Positions 9,792-20,455 are shown, counted from the stretch's first letter. The stretch: DNA of 64,000 nucleotides from an uncultured bacterium (GCA_963749495.1 CAVVMW010000004.1:736001-800000); one strand, 5' to 3'. A program made the numbers and translations. Notes: generated by a model not told the origin, from the sequence alone.

Positions 9792-10298
9792 ATGACAACG
9801 CCCGACATTTTGTTTTATGTGTTTGCGTTCCTGACCCTGCTCTTCGGGTTCCTGGTGATTGCCAACCCATTGAGCCTCAACCCGGTCACCAGCGCGATGT
9901 TCCTGGTCCTGACGATTGCCTCGCTGGCCGTTCTTTTCGTCCTGCTCAACGCCTTCTTCCTGGCCGCCGTCCAGGTCCTGGTCTATGCCGGGGCGGTGAT
10001 GGTCCTGTTCCTGTTTGTCATTATGCTGCTCGATCTCAAGGCGGAAGAGCGCCGCAGGATTCGGAAGGCGGCCGTCCTGGGCGGGCTCGTCTCGGTGGGC
10101 GTGTTCATCTTCATCTTCCTGCAGAGCCTCCTGCGCTCCCCGCTCGATGCCGACGCCGCGCCGACGCTCCGGGGCAGCACCGCCGCACTGGGGGACCTGT
10201 TGTTCCGCCAATACCTGCTCCCGTTCGAAATCGTCTCCGTGCTGCTCCTGGTCGCCATTGTCGGCGCCGTCCTGCTCAGCAAACGGGAAAACCAATGA
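9792..10298 (+). CDS. nuoJ: NADH-quinone oxidoreductase subunit J
   Basis: QVLVYAGAVMVLFLFVIMLL; YLLPFEIVSVLLL. Confidence 0.95.
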   Translation: MTTPDILFYVFAFLTLLFGFLVIANPLSLNPVTSAMFLVLTIASLAVLFVLLNAFFLAAVQVLVYAGAVMVLFLFVIMLLDLKAEERRRIRKAAVLGGLVSVGVFIFIFLQSLLRSPLDADAAPTLRGSTAALGDLLFRQYLLPFEIVSVLLLVAIVGAVLLSKRENQ

Positions 10299-10333
10299 GA
10301 GCGTTTAGACTTCGGTTCATAACTGGCAAGGCG

Positions 10334-10400
10334 TCGGAGGGGCGAGGGCCGAGGGTCGAGGGGCGGCGCCTCCTTGCCTCGACCCTCGCCCCTGGACACG
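10334..10400. repeat. Heptamer-repeat hairpin (GAGGGGC/GAGGGTC ... CCTCGAC/CCTCGCC)
   Basis: Degenerate 7-nt tandem units followed by their complement; related tracts at ~683-710 and 35551-35625. Confidence 0.6.
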
Positions 10401-10447
10401 CCTGGGCTACGGTGTAACCCTGTGAACCTCCACCCCCCTTCCGCGCC

Positions 10448-10753
10448 ATGACCGTCGGTCTCGAGCATTACCTGGTTGTGAGCGGCCTGCTCTTTGCCAT
10501 CGGGCTGTTGGGGGTCATCGTGCGGCGCAATTTGCTCATCATCTACATGTCGCTGGAGTTGATGCTCAACGCGGCCAACCTGGCGCTGGTGGCCTTTTCG
10601 CGCTACTCGAACAACCTGGACGGGCAGGTGCTGGTGTTTTTCGTGATCACGGTGGCGGCGGCCGAGGTGGCCGTGGGCCTGGCGCTGATCGTCGCGCTCT
10701 ACCGCAAGCGCCGGACCGCCCACGTCGAGGACCTGACCCTGATGAAACTCTGA
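10448..10753 (+). CDS. nuoK: NADH-quinone oxidoreductase subunit K
   Basis: [24 protein letters not shown]. Confidence 0.96.
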   Translation: MTVGLEHYLVVSGLLFAIGLLGVIVRRNLLIIYMSLELMLNAANLALVAFSRYSNNLDGQVLVFFVITVAAAEVAVGLALIVALYRKRRTAHVEDLTLMKL

Positions 10754-10792
10754 TCCCATGTTGGACAGCTCTCTTAGGCAATCATCCCAGGT

Positions 10793-10942
10793 GACCCCTC
10801 ACCCCGGCCCTCTCCCCATCGGATGGGGAGAGGGAGGAACTGCGACGACCGTGGAGCATCCTCAGCACAGGGCGTTGTCGGAACCTCGCCCGACGTCTCT
10901 CCCTCTCCCCGTCGGACGGGGAGAGGGCTGGGGTGAGGGGTC
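10793..10942. repeat. Paired REP-like hairpins CCCCTCACCCCGGCCCTCTCCCC...GGGGAGAGGG
   Basis: Two inverted copies, each with an internal CCCTCTCCCC/GGGGAGAGGG stem, between nuoK and nuoL. Confidence 0.85.
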
Positions 10943-10957
10943 GGTTTTGATTTGTCT

Positions 10958-12823
10958 ATGAACGCGCTGCCCTGGATTGTGCTGTTTCTGCCGCTCGTCG
11001 CGGCGGCGGTCATCACTCTGTTCACGCTGCGGAACCGCGCGTTGAGCGGCGGGCTCTCAATCGGGGCGGTCATCGCCGGGTTCATCCTGAGCCTGGTCTA
11101 TATCGGGGCTTCGGGTTGGACGCCGCCGACGCCGGAGGTTGCGGTGAGTTGGCTGTCGGTGGGCGGCCTGCAGGTGGATTTCGGGCTGCGCCTGGACTCG
11201 CTGAGCCTGGCGATGATGCTCCTGGTCACGGGCGTGGCGGGCGCCATCCACGTCTATTCCTGGGGCTACATGCGCGAGGACCCGGGCTTCTCGCGCTTCT
11301 TTGCCAGCCTCAGCCTGTTCACCTTCTCGATGCTCGGCATCGTCTTGGCCGGCAACTTCATCCAGTTGTTCATCTTCTGGGAGCTGGTCGGCGTCTGCAG
11401 CTACCTGCTCATCGGATTCTGGTTCGAGCGGCCCTCGGCCGCCGATGCGGGCAAGAAGGCCTTTCTGAGCAATCGCCTGGGCGATTTCGGGTTCCTGCTC
11501 GGCATTCTCACCGTCTGGCTGGTCCTGGGCTCGCTCAACTTTCAGGACCTGGAGCAGAAAATGAAGGCGGATCCCCAGGCCCTGGGCGGGCTGGCTACAC
11601 TGGCTGCCCTGCTCATCTTTTGCGGGGCCGTCGGCAAGAGCGCCCAATTCCCCCTCCACGTCTGGCTGCCCGACGCCATGGAAGGACCGACCCCGGTGAG
11701 CGCCCTCATCCACGCGGCGACCATGGTGGCGGCGGGCGTCTATATGCTCTGCCGCGTCTATTTCCTGCTGGACGAGCCCGCGCGCCTGGTCATCGGATGG
11801 GTTGGCGGATTCACGGCCTTGCTCTCCGCCGTCATCGGTGTTCAACAGAACGACATCAAGCGGATTCTCGCCTACTCGACCCTCTCGCAGCTTGGCATGA
11901 TGGTCATGGGGGTTGGCGTTTTCGGCGAGAGCGAGGCGATGTTCCACTTGACGACCCATGCGTTTTTCAAGGCGCTGCTGTTCCTGGGCGCCGGCTCGGT
12001 CATCATCGCCCTGCACCACGAACAGGACATCTGGAAGATGGGCGGCCTCGCGAGGAAAATGCCGGTGACCTTCCTGACCTTCATGGCGGGCACGCTCGCC
12101 CTGGTCGGCGCCCCGCCCTTGAGCGGGTTCTACAGCAAAGACAGCATCCTGGCCTGCGCCGCGGCCCGGCACCAGTATGCCCTCTTCGCCCTGGGTGTGG
12201 TGGTGGCGGCGTTGACCGCGTTCTATATGTTCAGGCTGGTCTATGTCGTCTTTCTCGGCAAGGAACGGTCCGAGTCCGCCGGCCATGGGCGCGAATCGCC
12301 CCCCGTCATCTTGTGGCCGCTGCGTCTCCTGGCGGTATTCAGCGTCATCGGCGGCTTTATCGGCATCGAGAACGTCTTTGGCCGCTACTTCCCTCCGGTG
12401 TCCGGCCAAGCATCCACGATGTCCACGCTGGACCAATTGCTGGCCCCGATCAAAGAGGCGCCCCTGGGAGCAGCGCTCAGCCTGCTGGCCGCGCTGGCCG
12501 GGTTCCTCGCTGCGCGGACCCTTTACGCCGGGGTGGCCGCCGACCCGTTGCCCGCCAAACTCGGCGCCCTCTCCCGCGCGATGCAGAACCGGTTCTATTT
12601 CGACGAGCTCTACGCGGCGACCGTCATCCGCTTCCACGATGGCCTGGCCGCGTCCGCCGCATGGTTTGACCGGTGGATCATCGGCGGCGGCGTGCGCTTC
12701 ACACACGGCTTCACCGAACTGAGCGGCCGCGCCCTGCGCCTGCTCCAGACCGGCAACCTCCAGACCTACGCCTTCCTCTTCGCCCTGGGCGTGGCGTTGG
12801 TCCTTTACCTCGCCCTCAGATGA
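10958..12823 (+). CDS. nuoL: NADH-quinone oxidoreductase subunit L
   Basis: GKSAQFPLHVWLPDAMEGPTPVSALIHAATMV; THAFFKALLFL. Confidence 0.96.
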   Translation: MNALPWIVLFLPLVAAAVITLFTLRNRALSGGLSIGAVIAGFILSLVYIGASGWTPPTPEVAVSWLSVGGLQVDFGLRLDSLSLAMMLLVTGVAGAIHVYSWGYMREDPGFSRFFASLSLFTFSMLGIVLAGNFIQLFIFWELVGVCSYLLIGFWFERPSAADAGKKAFLSNRLGDFGFLLGILTVWLVLGSLNFQDLEQKMKADPQALGGLATLAALLIFCGAVGKSAQFPLHVWLPDAMEGPTPVSALIHAATMVAAGVYMLCRVYFLLDEPARLVIGWVGGFTALLSAVIGVQQNDIKRILAYSTLSQLGMMVMGVGVFGESEAMFHLTTHAFFKALLFLGAGSVIIALHHEQDIWKMGGLARKMPVTFLTFMAGTLALVGAPPLSGFYSKDSILACAAARHQYALFALGVVVAALTAFYMFRLVYVVFLGKERSESAGHGRESPPVILWPLRLLAVFSVIGGFIGIENVFGRYFPPVSGQASTMSTLDQLLAPIKEAPLGAALSLLAALAGFLAARTLYAGVAADPLPAKLGALSRAMQNRFYFDELYAATVIRFHDGLAASAAWFDRWIIGGGVRFTHGFTELSGRALRLLQTGNLQTYAFLFALGVALVLYLALR

Positions 12824-12825
12824 AT

Positions 12826-12857
12826 TTTAGCCTTCAGCCTTTAGCCTTTAGCCTTTC
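12826..12857 (+). repeat. Heptamer tandem repeat (TTTAGCC) x~4 filling the nuoL-nuoM gap
   Basis: TTTAGCC TTCAGCC TTTAGCC TTTAGCC. Confidence 0.75.
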
Positions 12858-12860
12858 CCC

Positions 12861-14489
12861 ATGTCCCTCCTGACCCCCATCCTGGGCTTGCCCCTGTGCG
12901 CGGCGCTGGCGCTGACGTTCGTGCCGCGCAATTTCCGCGTGGTGATGCGCGGCACCGCCCTGCTGGCCACCCTCCTCTCCGCCCTCCTGGCCACCCTCAT
13001 GTTCCTGCAATTCCACGCAGGCGCCCCAGGCTTCCAATTCGAGCAGCAGGTCCCCTGGGTGCCCGCCCTGGGCATCAGCTACCATGTCGGCGTGGACGGC
13101 ATCAACGTAGGGCTTGTCCTGATGGGCGCCCTCGTCGCGTTCGCGGCGGCTTGTGTCTCGTGGGAAATCAAGGAGCGTGAGAAGGAGTTTTATATCCTGC
13201 TCCTGGTCATGGCCGGCGGCATCCTCGGCGCCTTCGCCTCGCTCGACCTGTTTCTGTTCTACTTCTTTCACGAGCTGGCGCTGGTGCCGACCTTCATCAT
13301 GATCGGCGTCTGGGGGCGCGGCCTGGACAAGAACTACGCGACGTTCCAGATTACGCTCTACCTGAGCCTCGGCGCCCTGATTGCGCTGGTGGGCTTGATT
13401 GCCCTTTACCTGCAGGCGGGCGGGAACACCTTCGATATTCCCGAACTGACCCGTCGCCTCCAGCGGGACCGCCTCCCGGCCGGGGCGCAGGCCCTCATCT
13501 TCCCGTTGCTGCTCTTTGGCTTCGGCATCCTGGTCTCGCTCTGGCCATTTCACACCTGGGCGCCCTTGGGCTACGGGTCGGCCCCCAGCGCCACCGCCAT
13601 GCTCCATGCCGGCGTGCTCAAGAAGTTCGGCCTCTACGGCCTCATCCGCATCGCCCTGCCGATGCTGCCCGACGCGGCGCAGCACTGGGTGCAGGTTCTG
13701 GCCTGGCTTTGCCTGGGCAACCTCGTCTATTGCGGCTGGGTGGCGATGAGACAAAAGGACTTCAACTGGCTGGTGGGCTACTCCAGCGTGGCCCACATGG
13801 GCTTCGTCTTCCTGGGCATCGCCACGCTCAACCTCATCGGCGTGACCGGGGCGGTGTTGGTGATGATTGCGCACGGCTTCCTGGCCGCCCTGACCTTCGG
13901 GCTCAGCGGCTACATCTATCAGCAGACCGGCACGCTGCAAATGGACCAACTCGGCGGCCTGCTCCGGCGGCTGCCCTTCATAGGCACGGCCCTCCTCATG
14001 GCCGCCTTCGCCGGCTGCGGCCTGCCGGGCTTCGCCAACTTCCCCGGCGAGGTGAGCGTCCTCTTCGGGGCCTGGAGCCCCTTCCGCACCGTGACCATCC
14101 TTGCCTGCTGGGGCGCGCTCATCATCGGCGCCCTCTATATGCTCCGTGCCGTCCGCGCCATCCTCCACGGGCCGTTGCCCGAGAAGTGGGACAAGGTCGC
14201 CGACGCGCCCCACCTCTGGCGCAAGACGCCCTTCATCCTGCTGCTGGCCGGCCTCCTGGTCTTTGGCTTCTTCCCGCGCCTGCTCACCGACAAGATAGCG
14301 CCCAGCCTGAGCGAAACCGTCCTGGCGCCATACTCGCCACGGGTGGGCCCTAGTCCCTTGCTGGCCGCTGAGAAGGGCAGCTCGGAAATCCGACCTGTCC
14401 GACCCGTCGGACAGGTCGGACAGGTCGGATTTCGGATTTCTGGCTCTACCGGCGCGTCCTCATCAGCTCGGCCTTTCCCCGCCCAATGA
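12861..14489 (+). CDS. nuoM: NADH-quinone oxidoreductase subunit M, with a repeat-derived C-terminal extension
   Basis: PFHTWAP, YSSVAHMGF, GLPGFANFPGE. Confidence 0.95.
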   Translation: MSLLTPILGLPLCAALALTFVPRNFRVVMRGTALLATLLSALLATLMFLQFHAGAPGFQFEQQVPWVPALGISYHVGVDGINVGLVLMGALVAFAAACVSWEIKEREKEFYILLLVMAGGILGAFASLDLFLFYFFHELALVPTFIMIGVWGRGLDKNYATFQITLYLSLGALIALVGLIALYLQAGGNTFDIPELTRRLQRDRLPAGAQALIFPLLLFGFGILVSLWPFHTWAPLGYGSAPSATAMLHAGVLKKFGLYGLIRIALPMLPDAAQHWVQVLAWLCLGNLVYCGWVAMRQKDFNWLVGYSSVAHMGFVFLGIATLNLIGVTGAVLVMIAHGFLAALTFGLSGYIYQQTGTLQMDQLGGLLRRLPFIGTALLMAAFAGCGLPGFANFPGEVSVLFGAWSPFRTVTILACWGALIIGALYMLRAVRAILHGPLPEKWDKVADAPHLWRKTPFILLLAGLLVFGFFPRLLTDKIAPSLSETVLAPYSPRVGPSPLLAAEKGSSEIRPVRPVGQVGQVGFRISGSTGASSSARPFPAQ

Positions 14490-15990
14490 ACCTCTCCCTG
14501 CTCAGTCACGAATGGCTGGTCATCGCCCTGGGCCTGGGCCTGCTCCTGGCCGACCTCTGGCTGGGCGCGCCCGCCAAACGCAAGCTCGGCTACGTGGCTG
14601 CGCTGGGTGTGGGCGCCATCCTCCTTTATAGCGTGCTGGCTTTCCAACTCGGCCCCGGCGAGGTCCGGTATGCCTTCAACCGGATGTACGCCCTCGACGG
14701 ACTGGCGCTGTTCTTCAAGCGGTTCTTCCTCCTGGCCGCCTTGCTCGTGCTGCTCATGTCCATCGAGTTTGCCGACTGCATCGAGGCCGGCATCTCCGAG
14801 TATTACGCCCTGGTGCTCTTCGCGCTCTCGGGCATGCTCTTCGCAGCGTCCGCCAACGACTTCGCCCTGCTCTTTGTCTCGCTCGAACTCATCACCATCA
14901 CCTTCTACGTGCTCACCAGCTTTCAGCGCTCCAGGCTCACCTCGCTGGAGGCCGGTGTGAAATACCTCATCATCGGCGCGCTCTCCACATCGTTCACGGT
15001 GTTTGGCATCGCCCTGGTCTATGGCGTTTCGCACAAGCTCAACTTCAACGACGTGGCCGTCGCGGCCGGCCAACTCACCGGCAACCCCCTCTTCCTGTTC
15101 GGCCTGGTGCTGGTCATGGTCGGGCTGGGCTTCAAGATCGCCGCCTTCCCGTTCCAGATGTGGGCGCCGGACGTTTACCAGGGCGCGCCCACCCCCACGA
15201 CGGCCTTCCTGGCGGTCGGTTCCAAGGCCGCCGGCTTTGCCCTGCTCCTGCGCGTCCTGTTCACCGCCGTGCCCGCCGTCACCGCTCGATGGTCCAATCT
15301 CCTCATCATCCTCTCGGCCATTACCATCCTCTACGGCAATCTCTGCGCCATCCCCCAGCGCAATCTCAAACGGCTCCTTGGCTACTCCAGCATCGCCCAC
15401 GCCGGCTACATGCTCCTGGGCATCGCCGCCCTGGCCGTCTCCCTGGCCCGCTCCGGCCCGGCGCCACCGCCGGCGCCTCGGCCATCCTCTACTACCTCAG
15501 CGGCTATCTCTTTACCGTGCTGGGAGGCTTCATGGTGATCTGCCTGGTGCTGCGCTGCCTCCAGAGCGAAGACATCAACGGCTTGGCCGGGTTGAACCAG
15601 CGCTCGCCGCTGTTGGCCGCAACCATGACATTGGCCATGGTCTCACTGGCCGGCATCCCGCCCTTGGCCGGCTTCTTTGGCAAGTTCCTCCTCCTCAAAT
15701 CCGTGATTGCCGAGGCCCCGGCACACCCAGGCTACTATTGCCTGGCCTTCACCGCCCTGGCCGGCGTGGTCATTTCCCTCTACTACTACTTTGGCGTCGT
15801 GCGCGCTATCTACTGGTCGCGCGAGGCCCCCGCGCTCGCTCCGATCCCCATCTCCAAATCCAGCCGCCTGGCCCTCTATGCCTGCGTGCTCGGCATGCTC
15901 CTGCTCGGCCTGTATCCCGGCCCTGTCGTCAACCTCGCCTCCCAGGCCGCCGCCGCCCTCAAGCCCCAGGCCGTGACGCTCGCGCGCTAA
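14486..15990 (+). CDS. nuoN: NADH-quinone oxidoreductase subunit N (one-base frameshift near 15458)
   Basis: FKIAAFPFQMWAPDVYQGAPTP and KRLLGYSSIAHAGY, then the alternative frame gives SLAGIPPLAGFFGKF. Confidence 0.93.
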
Positions 15991-16748
15991 ATCGGAACAG
16001 CCAACCCTGGCGCACTCAGGGGGTTTTTCCGCCGAAGCCGTTCTCCTGACCGGGTGGTCTAGGGGGCGGGGGGTATGGACCTGCTACAGTGCTACAAGGC
16101 CCATGGAACCGGGGGATTTTTGAGGTCGAACCCGCAACACGACCCGCAATAAGGTGCTACGGGGCCGGTAAAATCGGGGGATTGTTGCGGGCACGGTTTT
16201 TGTTTGACAAGGTGGAAGTCAATGCCAGCTCGGCAAAATCGAGCTTCGGATAGAGGGGGAGGTGGGCCGGGCGCGCGTGGAGGGGTCTTAGTTCAGGAGG
16301 CAAAAACACCCTCGTGCGATGCCACTGCGGCAAGCACCGCCGCCCTGACCCCACAAAAACCCATCCGGCCGGCGCGGTCGCAAACCTACGATGCCAGCGC
16401 GGCAATTTGGCTGCGGAATACGACGGCAGCACGGCAATCCGACAAAAAGGCTACGATGCCGATTTGGCAAGTACGATGTCAAAAAAGCTCGTAGCACCCA
16501 ATCACCTTGTCAACCAAGAAAATGAACCATACTATGGTTGACCCCTTTCCTCGCCCCCGAGGTCCTGTGCGTTCAAACGCACAGTTGACAAACGGGAAGC
16601 AGGGGAAGATGATTGTGCGAACAAAGCCACAATAATCTGGAATGCAGCCGATTCCGTTGCCGTGCGTGGCCTCTGGGCTGCGCTTGGCGCACATTTGGCT
16701 GCGCCGCAAGCAAACGTGTTGAGCGATACTGAACGGACTCAGAAAGCG

Positions 16749-17645
16749 ATGCAGATGAAACCGACCCCCACCCGTTCCCGCTGTGCCTTCACCCTCATCG
16801 AACTGCTGGTGGTCATTGCGATTATCGCGATTTTGGCCGCGATGCTCCTGCCGGCTTTGACTAAGGCCAAGCAGAAGGCCTCGATGGCCGTGTGTCTCAA
16901 CAACCACAAGCAACTGGGGCTCTCCTGGCTCATGTATGCGGACGACAACCAGGACACCATCGTCAACATGAACAACTTTGACAACGCGAACGTGGCTGGC
17001 CAGATGCAGCATCCGTGGCGTTACCAGCCTACGACGGCTTACTATTCCAGCACGCTGCCGGTCGTGCCGCCGCAAAACGGAATGGACCCGCAGAACTATG
17101 CCATTCTGCTGATGCAGGAATGCGTGCGACAAGGAGCTTTCGGTCCTTTTCTCAGGAACGCCAACGCCATCCACTGCCCGGGGGATCTGCGTTATAAACG
17201 CCCGGTCGGCAAGGGCTTTGCCTATGGCAGTCTCGCCGGGGTGACAGGATTGAACGGCCAGACCTGGGCCAACCACCCAACCGCCACTGAATTCATTACC
17301 AAGCGGGCTCAACTATTCCATCCCAGCCTCAAGGTCCTCTTTGTGGAGGAGAACGATCCTCGGGATGAAAACTGGGGGACTTGGGTGATGAACGTGGATG
17401 GCACTGCGGCCAACAACTGGGCGGGCACGACCTTCTGTGACTCGCCGGCCCTGTTTCATGTGGACTGCAGCACGTTCAGTTGGGCCGACGGACACGCGTC
17501 GCCCCGGCGGTGGCTGGACTCGGCCACCATCGCTTACGCCGCCAGCATGGATCCCAACAAGTACGGGAGCTCCCCCGGCGCGGCGCAGACGGCGCGTGAT
17601 GTGGGTTTTATGATCAACGCTTACGCGTTTGTGAACAACCAATGA
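16749..17645 (+). CDS. Prepilin-type N-terminal cleavage/methylation protein (PVC family, H-X9-DG tail)
   Basis: [26 protein letters not shown]-terminal H...FSWADGH. Confidence 0.9.
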   Translation: MQMKPTPTRSRCAFTLIELLVVIAIIAILAAMLLPALTKAKQKASMAVCLNNHKQLGLSWLMYADDNQDTIVNMNNFDNANVAGQMQHPWRYQPTTAYYSSTLPVVPPQNGMDPQNYAILLMQECVRQGAFGPFLRNANAIHCPGDLRYKRPVGKGFAYGSLAGVTGLNGQTWANHPTATEFITKRAQLFHPSLKVLFVEENDPRDENWGTWVMNVDGTAANNWAGTTFCDSPALFHVDCSTFSWADGHASPRRWLDSATIAYAASMDPNKYGSSPGAAQTARDVGFMINAYAFVNNQ

Positions 17646-17754
17646 CTGGCGGCTGATGAGCCTCGAAACCGTAGCCCCTCCATTGGACCACTTCCCCGGT
17701 GAGGCGGTTGATTTGTTGATTGTCGATCCCCATCCTACTCACGAGGGGCAGCTT

Positions 17755-18848
17755 TACTGACCAATAAATAGGATTTGACACACTAGATGGGACCGTGCTA
17801 TGTTCATTTCGTCATGGCAAGAATCGATAATCGGTCGTTGGACCACAAGGTCCTGGAGCACATGCGGATGCTCGCCACGGACCGAGTCTTGGCTGGCGAG
17901 AGGCCCAGTGTTGTGGCGAAGTCGTTCGGAATCTATCGGACCTCCATCTATAAGTGGTTGCGCGCACGTAGGAAGCGTGGGCGCGAAGCTTTGCGGAGCA
18001 CGACGGCTAAAGGGCCATCGCCCAAGCTAAGCGAAGGCCAAAAGCGGCAGGTTAGGCGTTGGATCGTTGGCAGAGACCCACGCCAATACGGATTTGACTT
18101 CGGGTTATGGACCCGAAGCATCATCGCCACGATGATCCAGGATAGGTTTAAAGTCTCGCTGACGCTTCCCTCGATAGGTCGTCTGCTGACTTCGCTGGAC
18201 ATAACGCCCCAGAAGCCACTGCGCCGAGCTTACGAGCGCAATGAAGCGGAGATCCGCCAGTGGAAGGAGGCGAAGTATCCGGAGTTGAGGAAACGGGCTA
18301 AACAGAGGGGTGCGGACATCTTCTTTCTCGATGAAGTGGGCGTGCGATCCGATGGCCCGCTGGGACGGAGTTACGGACTGAAAGGCAAAACACCGGTGGT
18401 GAAGACCTCCGGGCAGCGTCAGCAGATTAACGCGATCAGTGCGGTGAACGCCAAGGGAGCCTTTTGGTACAAGGTTTACGCCGGCAGCCTGGGGGCAGTG
18501 CTGTTCATTGTGATGCTCAAAGACCTTATGAAAGGGCGCACGAAGCCGGTCATGTTGGTCGTAGATGGATTGCCCGCACACAAGGCTAAGTCGGTCGCCC
18601 AATATGTACAGTCCAGCAAAGGCCGCTTAGAACTTCATTTCCTACCACCCTATGCTCCAGATTTGAATCCTGACGAATTCGCCTGGAGCCATTTAAAGCA
18701 GAACGGCACCAGTAAGAAGCCCTTGCGCAAGAATGAAGCCCTTCGACAGCGCATCGAACAGGATTTGGCTAAGATCAAGCAGGATCGGAGGCTGGTCCGG
18801 TCTTTTTTTATGGCCCCAAGTGTGTCTTATGCCATTTACTGATTAGTA
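17755..18848 (+). mobile_element. IS630-family insertion sequence
   Basis: Ends TACTGACCAATAAATAGGATTTGACACACT and (reverse complement) TACTAATCAGTAAATGGCATAAGACACACT; TA at both boundaries. Confidence 0.92.
17814..18842 (+). CDS. IS630 transposase
   Basis: HTH plus FFLDE, VVDGLPAHK, FLPPYAPDLNPDE. Confidence 0.95.
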   Translation: MARIDNRSLDHKVLEHMRMLATDRVLAGERPSVVAKSFGIYRTSIYKWLRARRKRGREALRSTTAKGPSPKLSEGQKRQVRRWIVGRDPRQYGFDFGLWTRSIIATMIQDRFKVSLTLPSIGRLLTSLDITPQKPLRRAYERNEAEIRQWKEAKYPELRKRAKQRGADIFFLDEVGVRSDGPLGRSYGLKGKTPVVKTSGQRQQINAISAVNAKGAFWYKVYAGSLGAVLFIVMLKDLMKGRTKPVMLVVDGLPAHKAKSVAQYVQSSKGRLELHFLPPYAPDLNPDEFAWSHLKQNGTSKKPLRKNEALRQRIEQDLAKIKQDRRLVRSFFMAPSVSYAIY

Positions 18849-18913
18849 ATAGGACTTTCTTGCTCATCGACAATTGCAGTTTATGCATGGACTGTTTTGT
18901 TAGTCCTTTGTGT

Positions 18914-19360
18914 TCATCGCTTCCTCGTCCTGCCTCCGGGCCGGGTGACGCCTGACGGCAAATAGTGCCGGCGCACCTTTTGCGAAATTTGGCGCTCCGT
19001 CATCTTGTCGCTCGTTTCGAACCTTCTGATGCGCAGATCAAGTTTGTCTCTCTCGATGCGCTTCTTCAACTCACCTTTTGCCTCGCCAGGGCCAAATAGC
19101 AGAATAGCTTCGGCAGAGCGAAGGCATGAAACGACTTCGTCGTAGAACTTCGCGAGATGGCCCATGTATCCTCGTTGCCGGGAATCATCTGCTGTAACCA
19201 TTTGTGGCTCAAAAGGAGCCTTGGACGGCGAACGGCCAGAACGGCGAAGCTGCTTTTCTACATCGGATGTTATCCGCCTCGTCTCATGGCCCTTCTCTGA
19301 GACGAGCACGATAACGGCCTCTCGATGGTCAATCCACACACCGGCTAGTGTTTTCATCAT
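18914..19360 (-). CDS. Host-attachment / baeRF-like (eRF1 domain-2-like) protein
   Basis: GVWIDHREAVIV...ILLFGPGEAKGEL...DKMTERQI. Confidence 0.65.
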   Translation of the reverse strand: MMKTLAGVWIDHREAVIVLVSEKGHETRRITSDVEKQLRRSGRSPSKAPFEPQMVTADDSRQRGYMGHLAKFYDEVVSCLRSAEAILLFGPGEAKGELKKRIERDKLDLRIRRFETSDKMTERQISQKVRRHYLPSGVTRPGGRTRKR

Positions 19361-19449
19361 TTTCCGTTTCCGTTCAGGAACGGTGTGAACAGATGAATTG
19401 GCACCGGCAGGAAACCAAGGCGATGGTCACGAAAACATTCATTGTACTA

Positions 19450-20076
19450 TTAATCTCTTTTCGTTTGCGGTGTTCGTGACCTGGCCCTCAGCGCAGCGGG
19501 CCGGGTCTCTGACCGGGGGATTCCAACGCAGGGCGCGTCCGCGCCCGGCTGGAGGAGTGGGAAGTCCACTTCGGTTTTGGCCACTCTGTTGAAGTAGTTG
19601 GAGAAAATGTTCAGGGCGATGTTGGCGACGATCTCGACAATCTGCTCGTTGGTGAACCCGGCTTTGACCAGCGCCTGAAAGTCGTCCTCACTGATTTCGC
19701 CGCGCTGGAGGACGACGCCCTGGGTGAAGCGCAACATCATCTCAGCCTTCGGGTCGGCTGCGGTCGCGTTGCGGGCCAACTGCATTTCGTTGTGCGTCAA
19801 GCCAAGCCTCTTGCCGGTTTCGTAATGCGCGGAGAGGCTGTAAGCGCAGCCGTTGATTTCCGCCACGGCCAAGGCAACCTGCTCGCGCTGGCGGGCCGTG
19901 AGCCGCCCGCGCACGAGGGCCGCGTCAGCAAGGATGTAGGCCCGCAATGAAGCAGGTGAATTGGCCATGACCCGGAGGAAGTTGGGCACTTTACCCAGCG
20001 TGAGCTGGCTGCTCTTGAGACTCCGCTTGAGTTCCGAGGTGGCCCCATTGGTTCGGATGGGAGAAAGGCGTGACAT
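19450..20076 (-). CDS. AhpD/carboxymuconolactone decarboxylase family protein (second Cys of CxxC replaced: NGCAYS)
   Basis: GKVPNFLRVMANSP; REQVALAVAEINGCAYSLSAH; NYFNRVAKTEVDFP. Confidence 0.85.
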   Translation of the reverse strand: MSRLSPIRTNGATSELKRSLKSSQLTLGKVPNFLRVMANSPASLRAYILADAALVRGRLTARQREQVALAVAEINGCAYSLSAHYETGKRLGLTHNEMQLARNATAADPKAEMMLRFTQGVVLQRGEISEDDFQALVKAGFTNEQIVEIVANIALNIFSNYFNRVAKTEVDFPLLQPGADAPCVGIPRSETRPAALRARSRTPQTKRD

Positions 20077-20155
20077 GATAATTTCCGTTTTGGGTTCCTT
20101 CTCTGCGTTGCTTCTGCTGCGTGAATTGTGCCCGCCAGTCCTTCAACTCTGGCAG

Positions 20156-20368
20156 TCATTCATTTAGCCCGCCATGACCCCATCGATCAGTCTCCGCAGC
20201 AGGAGCGCAACGGCGTCCAGCGAGCTGCTCAAGAGGAGTAGTAAGGGCGCAGGGTGTTGATTGGGGACCCGAGGCGGGGAACTCGAACTCGAAATCACTA
20301 TTGTCGGCAGTGCGGACCGCGACCACTTTCAGAGACAAGTCGGCGAAAGATTTTAGAGAACGTGACAT
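20156..20368 (-). CDS. Small hypothetical protein
   Basis: 70-aa ORF whose upstream ~65 nt duplicate those of the AhpD gene; first gene after the sigma54 promoter. Confidence 0.4.
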   Translation of the reverse strand: MSRSLKSFADLSLKVVAVRTADNSDFEFEFPASGPQSTPCALTTPLEQLAGRRCAPAAETDRWGHGGLNE

Positions 20369-20440
20369 GATAACTTCAGTTTTTGAGTTCGGTTTTTCTG
20401 CATTGCGGTTGATGAGTAAATTGTGCCCGCCAGCGCTTTG

Positions 20441-20455
20441 GCATTCGGCGTGCCA
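20441..20455 (-). promoter_or_regulatory. sigma54 (-24/-12) promoter
   Basis: TGGCACGCCGAATGC (GG-N10-GC); neighbouring gene encodes a sigma54 activator. Confidence 0.7.
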
